64,000 nt of DNA. It comes from Longimicrobiales bacterium (GTDB taxonomy: Bacteria > Gemmatimonadota > Gemmatimonadetes > Longimicrobiales > Gaopeijiaceae). The DNA lies in the NCBI GenBank assembly GCA_965248195.1, contig CBDFIQ010000001.1, positions 704,001 through 768,000 on the forward strand, in the 5' to 3' direction. The position numbers were made by a program, and so were the translations under genes. The notes beneath the pieces were generated by a model. That model saw only the letters and a list, made by a program, of their open reading frames with translations. It made no database searches and was not told where the DNA came from. Shown here in pieces: positions 38,052 to 48,865 of this stretch; position 1 is the first letter of the stretch; each line of letters opens with the position of its first letter.

Positions 38052-38912
38052 TTAGAATCCTTCGGAAACCAGTAGGTACTCCCCGTACCCGTCCCGCTTG
38101 TAAATCTCGCGGGCTTCAAACCCTCGTTCCAGATACGTCGACAGGACCGAACGCGTGGCGGTTCGCCAGCGCAGGGCGGCCTCGAGGGAGGCGTCTCTGA
38201 CCGCCTGGATCGACTGCGGAATCGGGACCAATAGCCGGTCATCGTCGATGGCGAGATCCGGCTCCCCCGGGAGGTCCAGACCTCCCTCTCGCTGGACCGC
38301 GAACGTCCGCTGCGCCCCCCGGTCTGCACCCGGATCCGGGCCGGCCCGCCCCTCCACGAGCCGCTGGGTCACTCGGGGAGAGTCCATCGCCCAGGTCGCG
38401 ACGAATCGGTCGGTGCCGATCCCCCGATGGAGGGGAGAGTCCGTCTGGCCGTACATGTCCCGGACATACTCCCCTGCCACAGCCCCGAGCTTGTTGAGAT
38501 TGAGATGCGCGTTCTTGGCCTCGAGGGGATCGAACGTCCAGTGCATGCGTATGACCCCCCTGGAAATGAGCTCATCCCGCTGATAGGCCTTGAGGCGCGT
38601 GCCGAGCCCGGCGTCCTCTAACTCCGCGCGAACCGCAAGCATGTCAGACCAGTGGACGATCTGCCCCTCCTGTACCCCTGTCATACCGAAGACAAACCCT
38701 GCCAACTCACCCTCTGCATCGTAAGCGCCGGCCGCGATCCCCCCGAGGCGTTGGCTCACCTTGAGGATGGCTACCGCCACAAGATCGGAGAAGCCTTTCC
38801 CCCAAGTCTCCTCCTGAAAGCGGACGCACTCCTTGAACTCGTCGATGGAGGCAAAGGGGCGGATCGTGAAATGGGAACCCACGAGCGTACTCCTGGAATT
38901 CGAAGTCAGCAT
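38052..38912 (-). CDS. GNAT acyltransferase (NSAR-associated type)
   Basis: HWSDMLAV, GLGTRLK, WTFDPLEAKNAHLN, GTDRF. Confidence 0.85.
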   Translation of the reverse strand: MLTSNSRSTLVGSHFTIRPFASIDEFKECVRFQEETWGKGFSDLVAVAILKVSQRLGGIAAGAYDAEGELAGFVFGMTGVQEGQIVHWSDMLAVRAELEDAGLGTRLKAYQRDELISRGVIRMHWTFDPLEAKNAHLNLNKLGAVAGEYVRDMYGQTDSPLHRGIGTDRFVATWAMDSPRVTQRLVEGRAGPDPGADRGAQRTFAVQREGGLDLPGEPDLAIDDDRLLVPIPQSIQAVRDASLEAALRWRTATRSVLSTYLERGFEAREIYKRDGYGEYLLVSEGF

Positions 38913-38956
38913 CGAAACTTGCGGCAATCGATGGCTGCAGACCAGCTTGGCCTGGA

Positions 38957-39832
38957 ATGGCACTCACACCCCTTTCACCGACCAGGATGATCACAAGGCA
39001 TAACGTCGACGCTGATGGGCATCCCATCGCCGTTTGGGAGAAAAGCTCGTCGGAGGCGCGCGGGGCGATCGTCCTACTTCACGGACGCACCTGGAGTGCC
39101 CGTCCCAACTACGATCTACAGGTGCCAGGCGAGGACCTGTCGCTGATGGACGGGTTGGTCGAGGCGGGGTACTCGGCGTTCGCAATCGATTTCAGAGGCT
39201 ACGGCGAAACTCCCCGGGACGAGACCGGATGGCTGAGCCCGGATCGCGCCGCACGGGATCTCAAGGCCGTGCTGGAGCATGTGGGGCACCTCACTGAAGG
39301 TGGGCCGAGGCCTGCGCTTCTCGGTTGGTCACGCGGCTCTAAGGTGGCTCAACTCACTGTCCAACGCTGGCCGGATCTGGTTTCGTCCCTCGTGTTTTTC
39401 GGCTATTCCCCGACGTTTGCTGGAGCGCCACTGGCGGATGGCGAAGGGGACACACCGCCGGCTGCGGCCCCGAACAGTGCGGCCGCCGCTGCGAGCGATT
39501 TCATCACGCCCGGATCGATCAGCCAGGTTGCCATCGACGCGTATGTGCAGGCGGCAATGGACGCGGACCCGGTGCGCGTGGACTGGCGAGGGGCGCGCGA
39601 ATGGGATGAGCTCGATCCCAAGCAGGTGAGCGTACCCACACTCCTTCTTCATGCCGAGTTCGACCCCATCGCGACGCCTGAGCAACGTGCCTCGTTATTC
39701 GGCGCGTTGGGAGCGGCCGAACGCGAATCGCTCGAGGTGCCGGGTGGGGACCACATGGCCTTTCTCGAGTCTTGCCGCCCCCAGTTCTTGAAGGCCCTCG
39801 TGGGGTTCTTGGATCGGCACCCAGGCGGTTGA
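38957..39832 (+). CDS. Alpha/beta hydrolase
   Basis: LLHG, DFRGYG, GWSRG nucleophile, D and GDH. Confidence 0.85.
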   Translation: MALTPLSPTRMITRHNVDADGHPIAVWEKSSSEARGAIVLLHGRTWSARPNYDLQVPGEDLSLMDGLVEAGYSAFAIDFRGYGETPRDETGWLSPDRAARDLKAVLEHVGHLTEGGPRPALLGWSRGSKVAQLTVQRWPDLVSSLVFFGYSPTFAGAPLADGEGDTPPAAAPNSAAAAASDFITPGSISQVAIDAYVQAAMDADPVRVDWRGAREWDELDPKQVSVPTLLLHAEFDPIATPEQRASLFGALGAAERESLEVPGGDHMAFLESCRPQFLKALVGFLDRHPGG

Positions 39833-39842
39833 GGCGGCGCCC

Positions 39843-41033
39843 TCACCCTTCGAGCGGGGGCATCATGAGAATGAGGGCCAAAAGGGTCGTTCTCTCGAGA
39901 AGCTTGCTCACGCGGACATGCTCGTGGTTGGCGTGAGCACCGTCCCCCACGGCGCCCAATCCATCCACCGTCGCGGTAAAGAGACTCGTCGTGTTTCCGT
40001 CCGACGCACCGCCGGATTTGGCACCCTCGAGCTCGAGACCCAAGCGCCTCCCGCAACCCTGAACCGCCTCCCACAGAATCCGGTTTCGTGGAGTTGCCTC
40101 CATCGGATTGCGGTCGAGGACCAACTCCACCTCCAGCCGAGTACCTGGCGTGGTCGCCTCCAGACCCAGGATGACATCGTTGACCCATCGACCGTCGGCC
40201 AGCGTGGCTACTCTCACGTCCACTGTGGCGCGGCACTCTCCGGCAACGACGTTTACGCGCGTCCCGCCTGAAACGGTCCCAACGTTGACCGTTATGCCCC
40301 GCTCGGAATCGGTCAACGCATGAAGGGCCTGGATGACGAGGGCCATCTCCTGGATCGCACTCGCACCCTCCTCGGGTGCGAGACCCGAGTGCGAGGCGCG
40401 CCCGACGACCCGGATCTCGAAGCGCCCCACACCGCGACGCGTCGTTTTGATGAGCCCCTCGGGGCCGAGGGCCGGCTCCAGCACAAGGACCCGACTCGAC
40501 ACCTGGGCCAACCACTCGACGTGACCCTGTGATTCGGGGCTGCCGATTTCCTCGTCGGAGTTCAGGAAGATCGTAGGAGCGACGGTCGGCTCGAGCCCGA
40601 GCGCCGAAAGGGCCTCGAGAGCAAATACCATCTGGACAATCCCGGCCTTCATGTCGAAGACTCCCGGACCCCGAATGACGTCCTCCCCTTCGTTCCACTC
40701 CGTCGGCATGCCCTGCAGCGTACCGATCGGCCACACCGTGTCCGTGTGTCCCATCAGAAGCTGGACCGGTGTGCCCTCGTGGGCATGCCTCGCCTCCCCG
40801 GGCGCCTCGTCGCGCGACAGGTAGAGGTGGCCGCCCGTTTTTTCGCCGGGAAAGAGCCGGGCCCCGAAGCCAATCGCCCTGAGCCGCCGAGTCAAAAGCT
40901 CCTGAATGGCGTGCTGAGACTCGGGCACCAGGGAAGGGGACTCCAAATTGACCAATTCCATGAGCAGACTGACGATGTCGTCTCGCCGCTCAGCGAGGAA
41001 GTCCCCGACGCCCGTGACCTCAAGGTCCGGCAT
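39843..41033 (-). CDS. M20 metallopeptidase (carboxypeptidase G2-like)
   Basis: GHTDTVW, GPGVFDMKAG, SDEEIGS, GASDGN, GAH. Confidence 0.9.
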   Translation of the reverse strand: MPDLEVTGVGDFLAERRDDIVSLLMELVNLESPSLVPESQHAIQELLTRRLRAIGFGARLFPGEKTGGHLYLSRDEAPGEARHAHEGTPVQLLMGHTDTVWPIGTLQGMPTEWNEGEDVIRGPGVFDMKAGIVQMVFALEALSALGLEPTVAPTIFLNSDEEIGSPESQGHVEWLAQVSSRVLVLEPALGPEGLIKTTRRGVGRFEIRVVGRASHSGLAPEEGASAIQEMALVIQALHALTDSERGITVNVGTVSGGTRVNVVAGECRATVDVRVATLADGRWVNDVILGLEATTPGTRLEVELVLDRNPMEATPRNRILWEAVQGCGRRLGLELEGAKSGGASDGNTTSLFTATVDGLGAVGDGAHANHEHVRVSKLLERTTLLALILMMPPLEG

Positions 41034-42372
41034 AAAAGCCCGCCCGCCGATAGCTTTCGTCCAGCAACTCCACGGGGTGGCGCGCTACGATGTCCGATCC
41101 TTCCAGCAGAAGCCCGGCGCCGATCTGCATCATGCAACCTGGATTTCCCGTCGCCACAATCTCCGCCCCCGTGGCCAAAACTGCGGAAACCTTATCGGCG
41201 CCGATGTCCGCTCCCAGCTCAGCATGAGTTATTCCATAGATCCCGGCCCCACCACAGCACTCCTCTTCGTCCTGAAGCGGAAGGACGACGAGCTCCGGAA
41301 TTGCCTCGAGCAGAGCACGGGGCTCCTGCCTAAGCCCCTGTGCGTGGCATAAATGGCAGGCGGCATCGTACGTGACCCGCGCAGGCAGTGGTGCGCCCAC
41401 CCGCAAGTCGCCATCCGCTAGGAGCTCCGAGATGTCCCGGGTCGAAGCCGCTAGAGCCTCGGCGGTCTCCCGGTATTCCTCATCGGCCTCGAGAAGATGG
41501 CCGTACTCCTTCAGGGCGGCGCCACAGCCGGCCGCGTTCACCGCAACGAAATCGACCTCCGCCGATGCCAGAGCCTGAACGTTGGCCCGCGCCAGTTCGC
41601 GAGCCCCCACCGCATCCCCCGCGTGAGTGTGCAGTGCACCGCAACAGCCCTGTCCGCTCACCTCGACCACCTCGTAGCCGTTGGCCCAGAGGACCCTCTC
41701 GGTGGCGTCGTTCACCCTCGCGAACAGGCCCTCCTGCACACACCCGCGAAGGATGGCCACCCGTCCACGATCACCTGCCGCCCAACGTTGTACGCCGGCC
41801 GATGTCCCAGCTTCCGATGCACCCGGGGCACCTGAACCCGAGGACGCTCCTTCCCGGAACTGTCGCCCTCGGCTCGCCTCGAGCATCGCGAGCCCGAACC
41901 GTATCGGGTGGAAAAGACGGTTCCCCGGAATCCACCTCGCCGCCAGTCCAGCGAGGCCCAGGCCTCGAACGACCCTCGCCAAACGCATGCTCCAGGTCGT
42001 CCACACACGGCTCGAAAAGACAGCCAGAAGCGTCCCAACGACGGCAGGTCTCTTTCGGGCACGGAAAACAGTCTCCCGTGCGGCCTCGAGCAAGACGCCG
42101 TACGCCACGCTCGAGGGGCACACCGGCTCGCACGCACGGCATCCCAAGCAGCGGTCGATATGGGTCTGAAACGCGTCGGATTCAGGGCTCAGCCGGCCCT
42201 CGACCACCGCACGCATGAGGTGGAGCCGGCCGCGCGGCGAATCATTCTCATCGGCCAGGCGGACATAGGTGGGGCACGCCGGTAGGCAAAAGCCGCAGTG
42301 CACGCACGGCATGAGCCGGTCTTCCTGCGCCCAGAGCGCAGCGGCCAACGCAGTTTCGGGGCCCGGATTCAT
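41020..42372 (-). CDS. glcF: Glycolate oxidase iron-sulfur subunit
   Basis: CVHCGFCLPACP, CLGCRACEPVCP, two CCG domains. Confidence 0.9.
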   Translation of the reverse strand: MNPGPETALAAALWAQEDRLMPCVHCGFCLPACPTYVRLADENDSPRGRLHLMRAVVEGRLSPESDAFQTHIDRCLGCRACEPVCPSSVAYGVLLEAARETVFRARKRPAVVGTLLAVFSSRVWTTWSMRLARVVRGLGLAGLAARWIPGNRLFHPIRFGLAMLEASRGRQFREGASSGSGAPGASEAGTSAGVQRWAAGDRGRVAILRGCVQEGLFARVNDATERVLWANGYEVVEVSGQGCCGALHTHAGDAVGARELARANVQALASAEVDFVAVNAAGCGAALKEYGHLLEADEEYRETAEALAASTRDISELLADGDLRVGAPLPARVTYDAACHLCHAQGLRQEPRALLEAIPELVVLPLQDEEECCGGAGIYGITHAELGADIGADKVSAVLATGAEIVATGNPGCMMQIGAGLLLEGSDIVARHPVELLDESYRRAGFYAGP

Positions 42373-43682
42373 TGCGGAAAACGTCCCTGGGCGAGAATCG
42401 AGGCAGGATCGAACGCTGCCTGGATCCCCGTGGTGAACGGAGCGGTCGGACCGGATTCACCCCACGCTCCCATGGACTCCACAATTTCCGGCGGACCCTG
42501 GGAGACCACGAGGCTGCCACCCTCCGCCTCGAGGGACCGCCGAAGAACCCCCAGCACGACCGAGGCCTGTTTCAGCCCTTCGTCCGAACGAGTCATTTGC
42601 GCGATCATCACCCGGAGCACGCCCGTGTGTGCGTGGGCCGCCAGCCGCATCCCCCACCCCGCCGTCGGATCATATAGACCGCTCAGTCGAGAAGTCATCT
42701 CGACCAAATCCGGTAGGCGAGAGGGAAGAAGGCTCAGACGCAACACGAGCTCGGCCCCGTCCTCCATCGCCCTCACGTTTTCGAAAATCGCCGCCGACTC
42801 CTCGCCCTCCAGCCGCTGAACGGGCGGCACGCCCGCACGCTCGGACACGACACGCTCTGCCTCGTCCGCACCGTCGACCGACTCCAGGATTCGGACGGCA
42901 ACCAAGGGGCTCGACGCGCTGGTTCCCGACTCCCCATCTCCGGGCACCAGCAGCTCGACCGCCGCGAGCGAAAGCGGCACCTGGGCAAGGCGGCACGCCA
43001 GCGCCGCGCCCTCAAGAAGGTCGCGGCCCTTGAACAGAAGCGATCTATCACTTGCCGGAACGGGGTGGAGCCGCATGGTCACGCTCGTGATCACCCCCAA
43101 CGTGCCCCAACTGCCGGTGACCAGCTTGAGAAGATCGAAGCCCGCCACGTTCTTGACCACCCTACCGCCAAGGCCAAGCACTCGCCCGTCCCCGGTAACG
43201 AGCGTGGCCCCCAGCACCTGATCCCGGGGGGACCCGAAAGCTGCTTGCAGTGGCCCCGCAACCCCGACCGCCACCATGGCTCCGAGCGTACCCCGCCCTC
43301 CCCCTGGGGGATCGAGCGCGAGCCACTGCCGACACTCCACCGTACGACGCGCCAGCGCGTCCAGCTCGGCCCCCGCCTGGGCCTCAATGAACTGGTCGGC
43401 GGGCTCGTACGCCGTGACGTCATTCATCCTCTTGGTGCTCACCACTACGTCGACACCTTGAGGAGGCTGCCCACCGTGCAGCCAACCCCCTCGCCCCCCC
43501 GGTATACACCGCCAGCCCTCGTCGCTGGACAGCGAGAGGATCTCGGCAACCTGCTCTGTGCTCTCCGGAAAGACGACCGCTTGTGGAACCCGCCCACACA
43601 CCGCCCAGCGCTCGGCCTCGAAACCGTCGACTACCTGCGGCTCGGAAAGCCGGTCTGTCAACAGCCCCGCCAACGGATTCAC
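42369..43682 (-). CDS. glcE: Glycolate oxidase FAD-binding subunit
   Basis: GGRVVKNVAGFDL, GSWGTLG; position between glcD and glcF. Confidence 0.85.
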   Translation of the reverse strand: MNPLAGLLTDRLSEPQVVDGFEAERWAVCGRVPQAVVFPESTEQVAEILSLSSDEGWRCIPGGRGGWLHGGQPPQGVDVVVSTKRMNDVTAYEPADQFIEAQAGAELDALARRTVECRQWLALDPPGGGRGTLGAMVAVGVAGPLQAAFGSPRDQVLGATLVTGDGRVLGLGGRVVKNVAGFDLLKLVTGSWGTLGVITSVTMRLHPVPASDRSLLFKGRDLLEGAALACRLAQVPLSLAAVELLVPGDGESGTSASSPLVAVRILESVDGADEAERVVSERAGVPPVQRLEGEESAAIFENVRAMEDGAELVLRLSLLPSRLPDLVEMTSRLSGLYDPTAGWGMRLAAHAHTGVLRVMIAQMTRSDEGLKQASVVLGVLRRSLEAEGGSLVVSQGPPEIVESMGAWGESGPTAPFTTGIQAAFDPASILAQGRFPQ

Positions 43683-45130
43683 ACGCCCGCTCCCGCGGAG
43701 TCCGCCGGGTCGGGCAGCACCTTGCCGGGGTTCATGCGCCCGCGTGGGTCGAAGACGGCCTTGATACGCCGCATGGCTTCCAACTCGTCAGGACTATGCA
43801 CCAGGCTCATGTAGCGCCGCTTGTCCAAGCCCACGCCATGTTCTCCGGTAATCGTGCCTCCCGCCTCCACGCACACGGCCATGATCTCCGTCGACGCGCG
43901 GTCGACCCGGCTGAGCTCCTCCGGATCGCTCCGATCGAAGAGAAGGTTCGGATGGAGGTTGCCGTCCCCCGCGTGAAAGACGTTGGCGATCGTCAGATCG
44001 TGGCGCACTCCAATCTCAGAAATCCGCTCAAGCACGTCGGTAAGCTTGCTCCGCGGAACGGTTCCGTCCTGAACCATAAGATCGTGCGCGATCTGACCCA
44101 TGGCCCCGAACGCCTTCTTGCGGCCTCTCCAGAGCGCGAGCCTCTCCTCGTCGGAGTCTGCAATGCGGACCTCCCGGGCCCCGGCCGCCCGGCACTGGAC
44201 CACCGCCCGTTCGACATCGGACGCCAGGCCCGTTTCGATACCGTCGAATTCGATCACCAACGCGGCCTCCGAGTCTGTCGGGAACCCCGCCGCGAACACG
44301 CTCGCCTCGACCGCTCGGATCGTGGGTCCATCGATGATTTCCAGAGCCGCCGGCAGAAGCCCCTCGGCCATGATCTCCGTCACGGCAGTGCCGGCATCCC
44401 CCAATCGGTCGAAGATCGCAAGCAGCGTACGCACTCCCTCCGGCTTCGGGAGGAGCCGCACCTCGATCTCGGTAGCGATTCCGAAACACCCCTCGGAACC
44501 GACGAACAAACCCAGAAGATCGTATCCGCCGGATTCCCTGCCGAAGCCGCCGAGTTCTATGATCTTCCCCTCGTAGGTCACGACCGTGAGCCCCGTCACA
44601 TACCGCGACGTGACACCGTACTTGAGGCAATGGGGCCCGCCGGAATTCTCGGCTACGTTCCCTCCCAACGTACAAGCGCTCTGCGACGAGGGATCGGGCG
44701 CGTAGTAAAGCCCAAAGGGCTCCGCCGCTGTCGTGAGATCGGCGTTGATCATCCCCGGCTGAACCCGGGCAAGTCGATTGTCGGGATCGAGTTCGAGCAT
44801 GTCGGTCATTCGCGCCGTACCGACTATTACCGCGTCCCCATCCGCTAGCGCACCTCCGGACAGTCCAGTCCCGGCACCCCTCGGCACCACAGGTACGTCT
44901 TCCTGCGACAGGATGCCCATCACTCGGCTGATTTCGTCGGTGTCCCTGGGGAGCACGACCGCAAGAGGCGTCTTGCGGTAGGCCGTCAGCCCGTCGGATT
45001 CATACGCCAGAAGACGATCCGCGTCGGCGATGACCCAGGCGTCTCCCACAACGCCTCGCAGGCGATCACTCAGGTTCTTCGTCAGCAGCTCGGGCAATCT
45101 GTTCTCCATCCCCGGGGAGAGTGCCGTCAA
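43679..45130 (-). CDS. glcD: Glycolate oxidase subunit GlcD (FAD-linked)
   Basis: RGAGTGLSGG, PDPSSQ, HAGDGNLHP, GEHGVG. Confidence 0.92.
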   Translation of the reverse strand: MTALSPGMENRLPELLTKNLSDRLRGVVGDAWVIADADRLLAYESDGLTAYRKTPLAVVLPRDTDEISRVMGILSQEDVPVVPRGAGTGLSGGALADGDAVIVGTARMTDMLELDPDNRLARVQPGMINADLTTAAEPFGLYYAPDPSSQSACTLGGNVAENSGGPHCLKYGVTSRYVTGLTVVTYEGKIIELGGFGRESGGYDLLGLFVGSEGCFGIATEIEVRLLPKPEGVRTLLAIFDRLGDAGTAVTEIMAEGLLPAALEIIDGPTIRAVEASVFAAGFPTDSEAALVIEFDGIETGLASDVERAVVQCRAAGAREVRIADSDEERLALWRGRKKAFGAMGQIAHDLMVQDGTVPRSKLTDVLERISEIGVRHDLTIANVFHAGDGNLHPNLLFDRSDPEELSRVDRASTEIMAVCVEAGGTITGEHGVGLDKRRYMSLVHSPDELEAMRRIKAVFDPRGRMNPGKVLPDPADSAGAGV

Positions 45131-45164
45131 ACGGCCTGATCTCGTCGGTGAACCCGGTGGGCCC

Positions 45165-45716
45165 TCAGGTGCGCTCCTGGGCTAACTGCTCGGCGAGCCT
45201 GTCCGCTACCACTTGGACGGCTGCGCTGTCCTCGTCGGTGAACGCGTTTTCCGTCCTACTATCGATATCGATCAGCCCGAAGATGTCATCGCTGGCACGG
45301 ATCAGCACGACCATTTCGGACTTGACCCTCGGATCACAAACGATGTAGTGGTCCACCGCGCTCACGTCGGGTACATTCGTGTTCTCCCCCTCCGCCACAG
45401 CGGTGCCGCATACGCCCTCGCCGACCGGGATCTTGGAGTGTGGCGTGGGTTTTCCGACGTAATTGTGCAGCCAGACCACGTTCTCCTCGGAATTGACGAG
45501 GTAGATGCCTACCCAGTCGAATCGATCGTCGGCCGCCGCGATGTCCTTGACGGCCCGGCGCAAGAGGGCATCGGAGAGAAACCCATTATCCCTCAGATCC
45601 TGCAACTCATTCAAGACCTCGTTCGGTTCGAGCATCGGGTCCAATTCCGGTTCAGGAAAAGAGGGCAAGCCCTCAAAAAACTTATCGAGTTGGTCGAGTC
45701 GAGTTCGTCGAGCCAA
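45165..45716 (-). CDS. GAF-domain protein, free methionine-R-sulfoxide reductase-like
   Basis: WVGIY, GEGVCG, IVCD..KSE, DIDS. Confidence 0.8.
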   Translation of the reverse strand: MARRTRLDQLDKFFEGLPSFPEPELDPMLEPNEVLNELQDLRDNGFLSDALLRRAVKDIAAADDRFDWVGIYLVNSEENVVWLHNYVGKPTPHSKIPVGEGVCGTAVAEGENTNVPDVSAVDHYIVCDPRVKSEMVVLIRASDDIFGLIDIDSRTENAFTDEDSAAVQVVADRLAEQLAQERT

Positions 45717-45744
45717 GTTCGTCGAGCCAAGTTCGTCGAGCCAA
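45702..45744. repeat. 14-bp tandem repeat x3 over the GAF gene start
   Basis: agttcgtcgagcca x3. Confidence 0.9.
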
Positions 45745-45844
45745 TACGCTACATGAGACCGCGCCTACGATCAAGGTGGAGTCGCACGTTAGAAGCATCA
45801 TTCGCTGCGGTGCCAGGCCTATTCCGGTGTCCTGAGCCCCGGCG

Positions 45845-46912
45845 TCACCGCGGCGTAAAGTCTGTGTCTGCATCGAGACTCGACACGAAAGCAGCCAACA
45901 GACGAGCCGCGGATTCCAGATCGGAAAGGCTCACCATCTCGTTCGGAGAATGCATGTATCGATTCGGCACCGACACCAGCCCGGTGGGGACACCGGATCG
46001 GGTCAGGTAGATTGCGTCGGCATCCGTATTCGTAGACCGCGCCGCGGCCTGAATCGTATAGGCAATCCCCTCCGCCTCCGCCACCTGCACCAGACGCTCG
46101 AAAACAATCGGGTGGGCCGCCGACCCCCTGCTCAACACAGGGCCCCCTCCCAGCCGGTGCTCCCCCAACTCCTTCTTCTCAATATCGGGGACGTCGGTAC
46201 TGAAGGTGACGTCGACCACAAGGGCGGCGTCCGGCTGGAGTCCGAAGGCACTACTGCGCGCTCCCCCACCCCCACCACCGATCTCTTCTTGGACGGTTGC
46301 AACCGCGACGGCGGACGCCATCGGTGACGCGTCGGAGAGGAGCCGCAGAGCTTCGAGCACCACATACGCGCCGATACGATTATCGATGGCACGGCTCGCG
46401 ATTTGGTCGCCGGCCAAGCTCACCATCTCCGCGTCGATAACCATGGCGTCGCCGACCCTCAGGCCGAGTTCCGTCGCTTCCTCCCGAGATCGCACACCCA
46501 CGTCGACCCAAAGCTTACTGATCTCCGACGCCTTCTTGCGCTCGTCGGCCTTTTGGAGGTGGATGGCCTTCTTCCCCACGACCCCGCGGACGTCGCCCGG
46601 CGCGGCCAAGATTTTCACGCGTTGGCCTACGAGTACTTGGGGATCCCATCCTCCGATTCGATCGACGAAGAGGAAACCGTCCTCGTCGATGTGCGTGATC
46701 TGGAGGCCGATCTCATCGATGTGGCCCGCAAGCATGACGCGTGGCCGTCCATCGGGGTTGACGGTGGCGAGCGTGTTCCCGCTCACGTCCGTTTTAACAT
46801 AGTCCGCGAAGGTTTCCGCCTCCTCACGCCAAAGGCGGGCCGCCCCGACCTCGAATCCGGAGGGGCCGACAGCATCGAGGAGGCTTGCGAGGAAAGGGGG
46901 GGAGTCACTCAT
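45845..46912 (-). CDS. M42 family metallo-aminopeptidase
   Basis: GHIDEIG, DNRIG, QEEIG, RYMHSP. Confidence 0.92.
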   Translation of the reverse strand: MSDSPPFLASLLDAVGPSGFEVGAARLWREEAETFADYVKTDVSGNTLATVNPDGRPRVMLAGHIDEIGLQITHIDEDGFLFVDRIGGWDPQVLVGQRVKILAAPGDVRGVVGKKAIHLQKADERKKASEISKLWVDVGVRSREEATELGLRVGDAMVIDAEMVSLAGDQIASRAIDNRIGAYVVLEALRLLSDASPMASAVAVATVQEEIGGGGGGARSSAFGLQPDAALVVDVTFSTDVPDIEKKELGEHRLGGGPVLSRGSAAHPIVFERLVQVAEAEGIAYTIQAAARSTNTDADAIYLTRSGVPTGLVSVPNRYMHSPNEMVSLSDLESAARLLAAFVSSLDADTDFTPR

Positions 46913-47001
46913 GGTGGCGAAAAGTTATACGCTCAGGGACGGCGCTCAAAGGGCGCACCAAGGACGGCGCTCAAAAGAGCGCCCCATCGATCCCCTCCTG
47001 C

Positions 47002-47475
47002 TTACTCTCCTGCCGATCCAGACGGAGATATCGGATCAGAAGACATCGGATCAGAAGAGCGAGTCCATATTTCGCCCCCGGTCACCTTCACGTGGACCGC
47101 GCCTTCCTGGATGTGGCGTTCGAGTCGAGCCATGATGCGTTTTTGGATGGCGTGCCGCGTCCCTGGGAACAGCAAGCCGAACCCGATCAGGTCGGTGAGG
47201 ATCCCTGGCGTGAGAAGTAGCGCACCCCCCGCAAGCACCGCCATGCCATCCATGATGGCCTGCCCGGGTACACGTCCATTCGCGAGATCATGGCGCAGCC
47301 TCCACATGGTCCTGAGCCCCTGCATGCGCGCCAGCCACGCACCTGTGACGCCCGTGAAGACGACCAAGCCGATCGTGGGCCAAAAACCGACCCACTGGCC
47401 CATCTGAATCAGAAGCGCCAGTTCCAGGAGCGGAACGATGACAAAGAGGAGGGCGAGCCGCCCGAAAAGGTTCAT
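47002..47475 (-). CDS. fxsA: FxsA family membrane protein
   Basis: PLLEL, LLLTPGILTDLIG. Confidence 0.88.
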   Translation of the reverse strand: MNLFGRLALLFVIVPLLELALLIQMGQWVGFWPTIGLVVFTGVTGAWLARMQGLRTMWRLRHDLANGRVPGQAIMDGMAVLAGGALLLTPGILTDLIGFGLLFPGTRHAIQKRIMARLERHIQEGAVHVKVTGGEIWTRSSDPMSSDPISPSGSAGE

Positions 47476-47611
47476 AGCACAACAATACCCCGGCCTGCCG
47501 GAGATCGGTCCTGTTTTTTGCGGCACCTTCTTCGCGTGCTGGACGCCCACCGTTAGTTTGTGACGGGGCGGCACTCGCCGGAGCCACCCCACTGGAATCG
47601 CACAAACGCAC

Positions 47612-48832
47612 ATGGAAGAAACCTACTTTAGACGGGGATTCGGCCTGAGGTCTCAGGTTCAACCCCTGATCGATCTCGAGTACCACTCCGCCCTCGTCCA
47701 GGACATCCGTTCCGGGGGTCATCGGAGGGTTTTCGGTGATATCACGGTGCGCCTGGCACAGGAGTTCGGATTCTGCTACGGCGTGGATCGGGCCATCGAC
47801 TACGCCTACGAAACCCGCCACAAATTCCCGGAGAAGCGTATTCGCCTGGTTGGCGAAATCATCCACAACCCGCACGTCAATCAGCGCATCCGAGACATGG
47901 GGATGGACTTCATCCGGCCCGGCGCCGAGGGAGAATTCGACTTCTCGGAGTTGACCCAGGAGGATGTGGTGATCCTGCCCGCCTTCGGTATCACCGTCCA
48001 GGACCTGGCCACGCTGAGGGAAATCGGGTGCGTGCTGGTGGATACGACGTGCGGATCGGTTCTCCTGGTCTGGAAGCGCGTGGAGAGCTATGCCCGGGAC
48101 GGGTTCACCGCCCTCATTCACGGAAAGCACCATCACGAGGAATCGAGGGCGACGGCTTCCCAGGTCAGCAACCATGAAGGCGGTCGATACATCATCGTAC
48201 GGGACATGGAGGAGGCGGACCTCGTCTGTGACTACCTCGCCAACCGTAAAAATCGATTATCTCGTGATGCCTTCATCGAACATTTTGAGGCGAAGGCGAC
48301 CGAAGGTTTCGATCCCGACCTGGACCTCCGGATGATCGGTGTAGCGAATCAGACAACCATGTTGGCCAATGATTCGCTCGCCATCGGCGAAAGAATCCGG
48401 GAGGCCATGGTTGAGGGATCTGGAGAAGACTATACCGAGAGAAATTTCCGATCCTTCGGCACGATCTGCTCCGCCACCCAGGAGAGACAGGACGCCATCG
48501 AGGCCATGATGGAGGAGGGACCCCCTGAGGTCATGATCGTCATGGGCGGCTATAACTCATCGAATACCGATCACCTCGCCCATCTCTGCCGAGAGTTCAC
48601 GACCACGTACCACATCGAGGACGCGGCGTGTATCGACCTCGAGGACGGGACGATCAGGCACAAGCCGGATGTCGGCAGCGATACCCCCGAGGAGATGGTC
48701 AACGACTGGATCCCAGAAGGGCCGTTCGATCTGGGGATGACGGCCGGAGCATCGACGCCCAACAACAAGATCGGAGAGGCGCTGCTGCGGATCCTGGAGA
48801 TTCGAGGCGTGGAGCATCAGCTCACAGGGTGA
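47612..48832 (+). CDS. ispH: 4-hydroxy-3-methylbut-2-enyl diphosphate reductase
   Basis: FGFCYGV, IIHNP, DTTC, HEE, NQTT, TICSATQERQ, NSSN, TAGASTP. Confidence 0.96.
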   Translation: MEETYFRRGFGLRSQVQPLIDLEYHSALVQDIRSGGHRRVFGDITVRLAQEFGFCYGVDRAIDYAYETRHKFPEKRIRLVGEIIHNPHVNQRIRDMGMDFIRPGAEGEFDFSELTQEDVVILPAFGITVQDLATLREIGCVLVDTTCGSVLLVWKRVESYARDGFTALIHGKHHHEESRATASQVSNHEGGRYIIVRDMEEADLVCDYLANRKNRLSRDAFIEHFEAKATEGFDPDLDLRMIGVANQTTMLANDSLAIGERIREAMVEGSGEDYTERNFRSFGTICSATQERQDAIEAMMEEGPPEVMIVMGGYNSSNTDHLAHLCREFTTTYHIEDAACIDLEDGTIRHKPDVGSDTPEEMVNDWIPEGPFDLGMTAGASTPNNKIGEALLRILEIRGVEHQLTG

Positions 48833-48865
48833 CGACACCGCTCCGGAGTTCGAGCGCAGGGCCGA

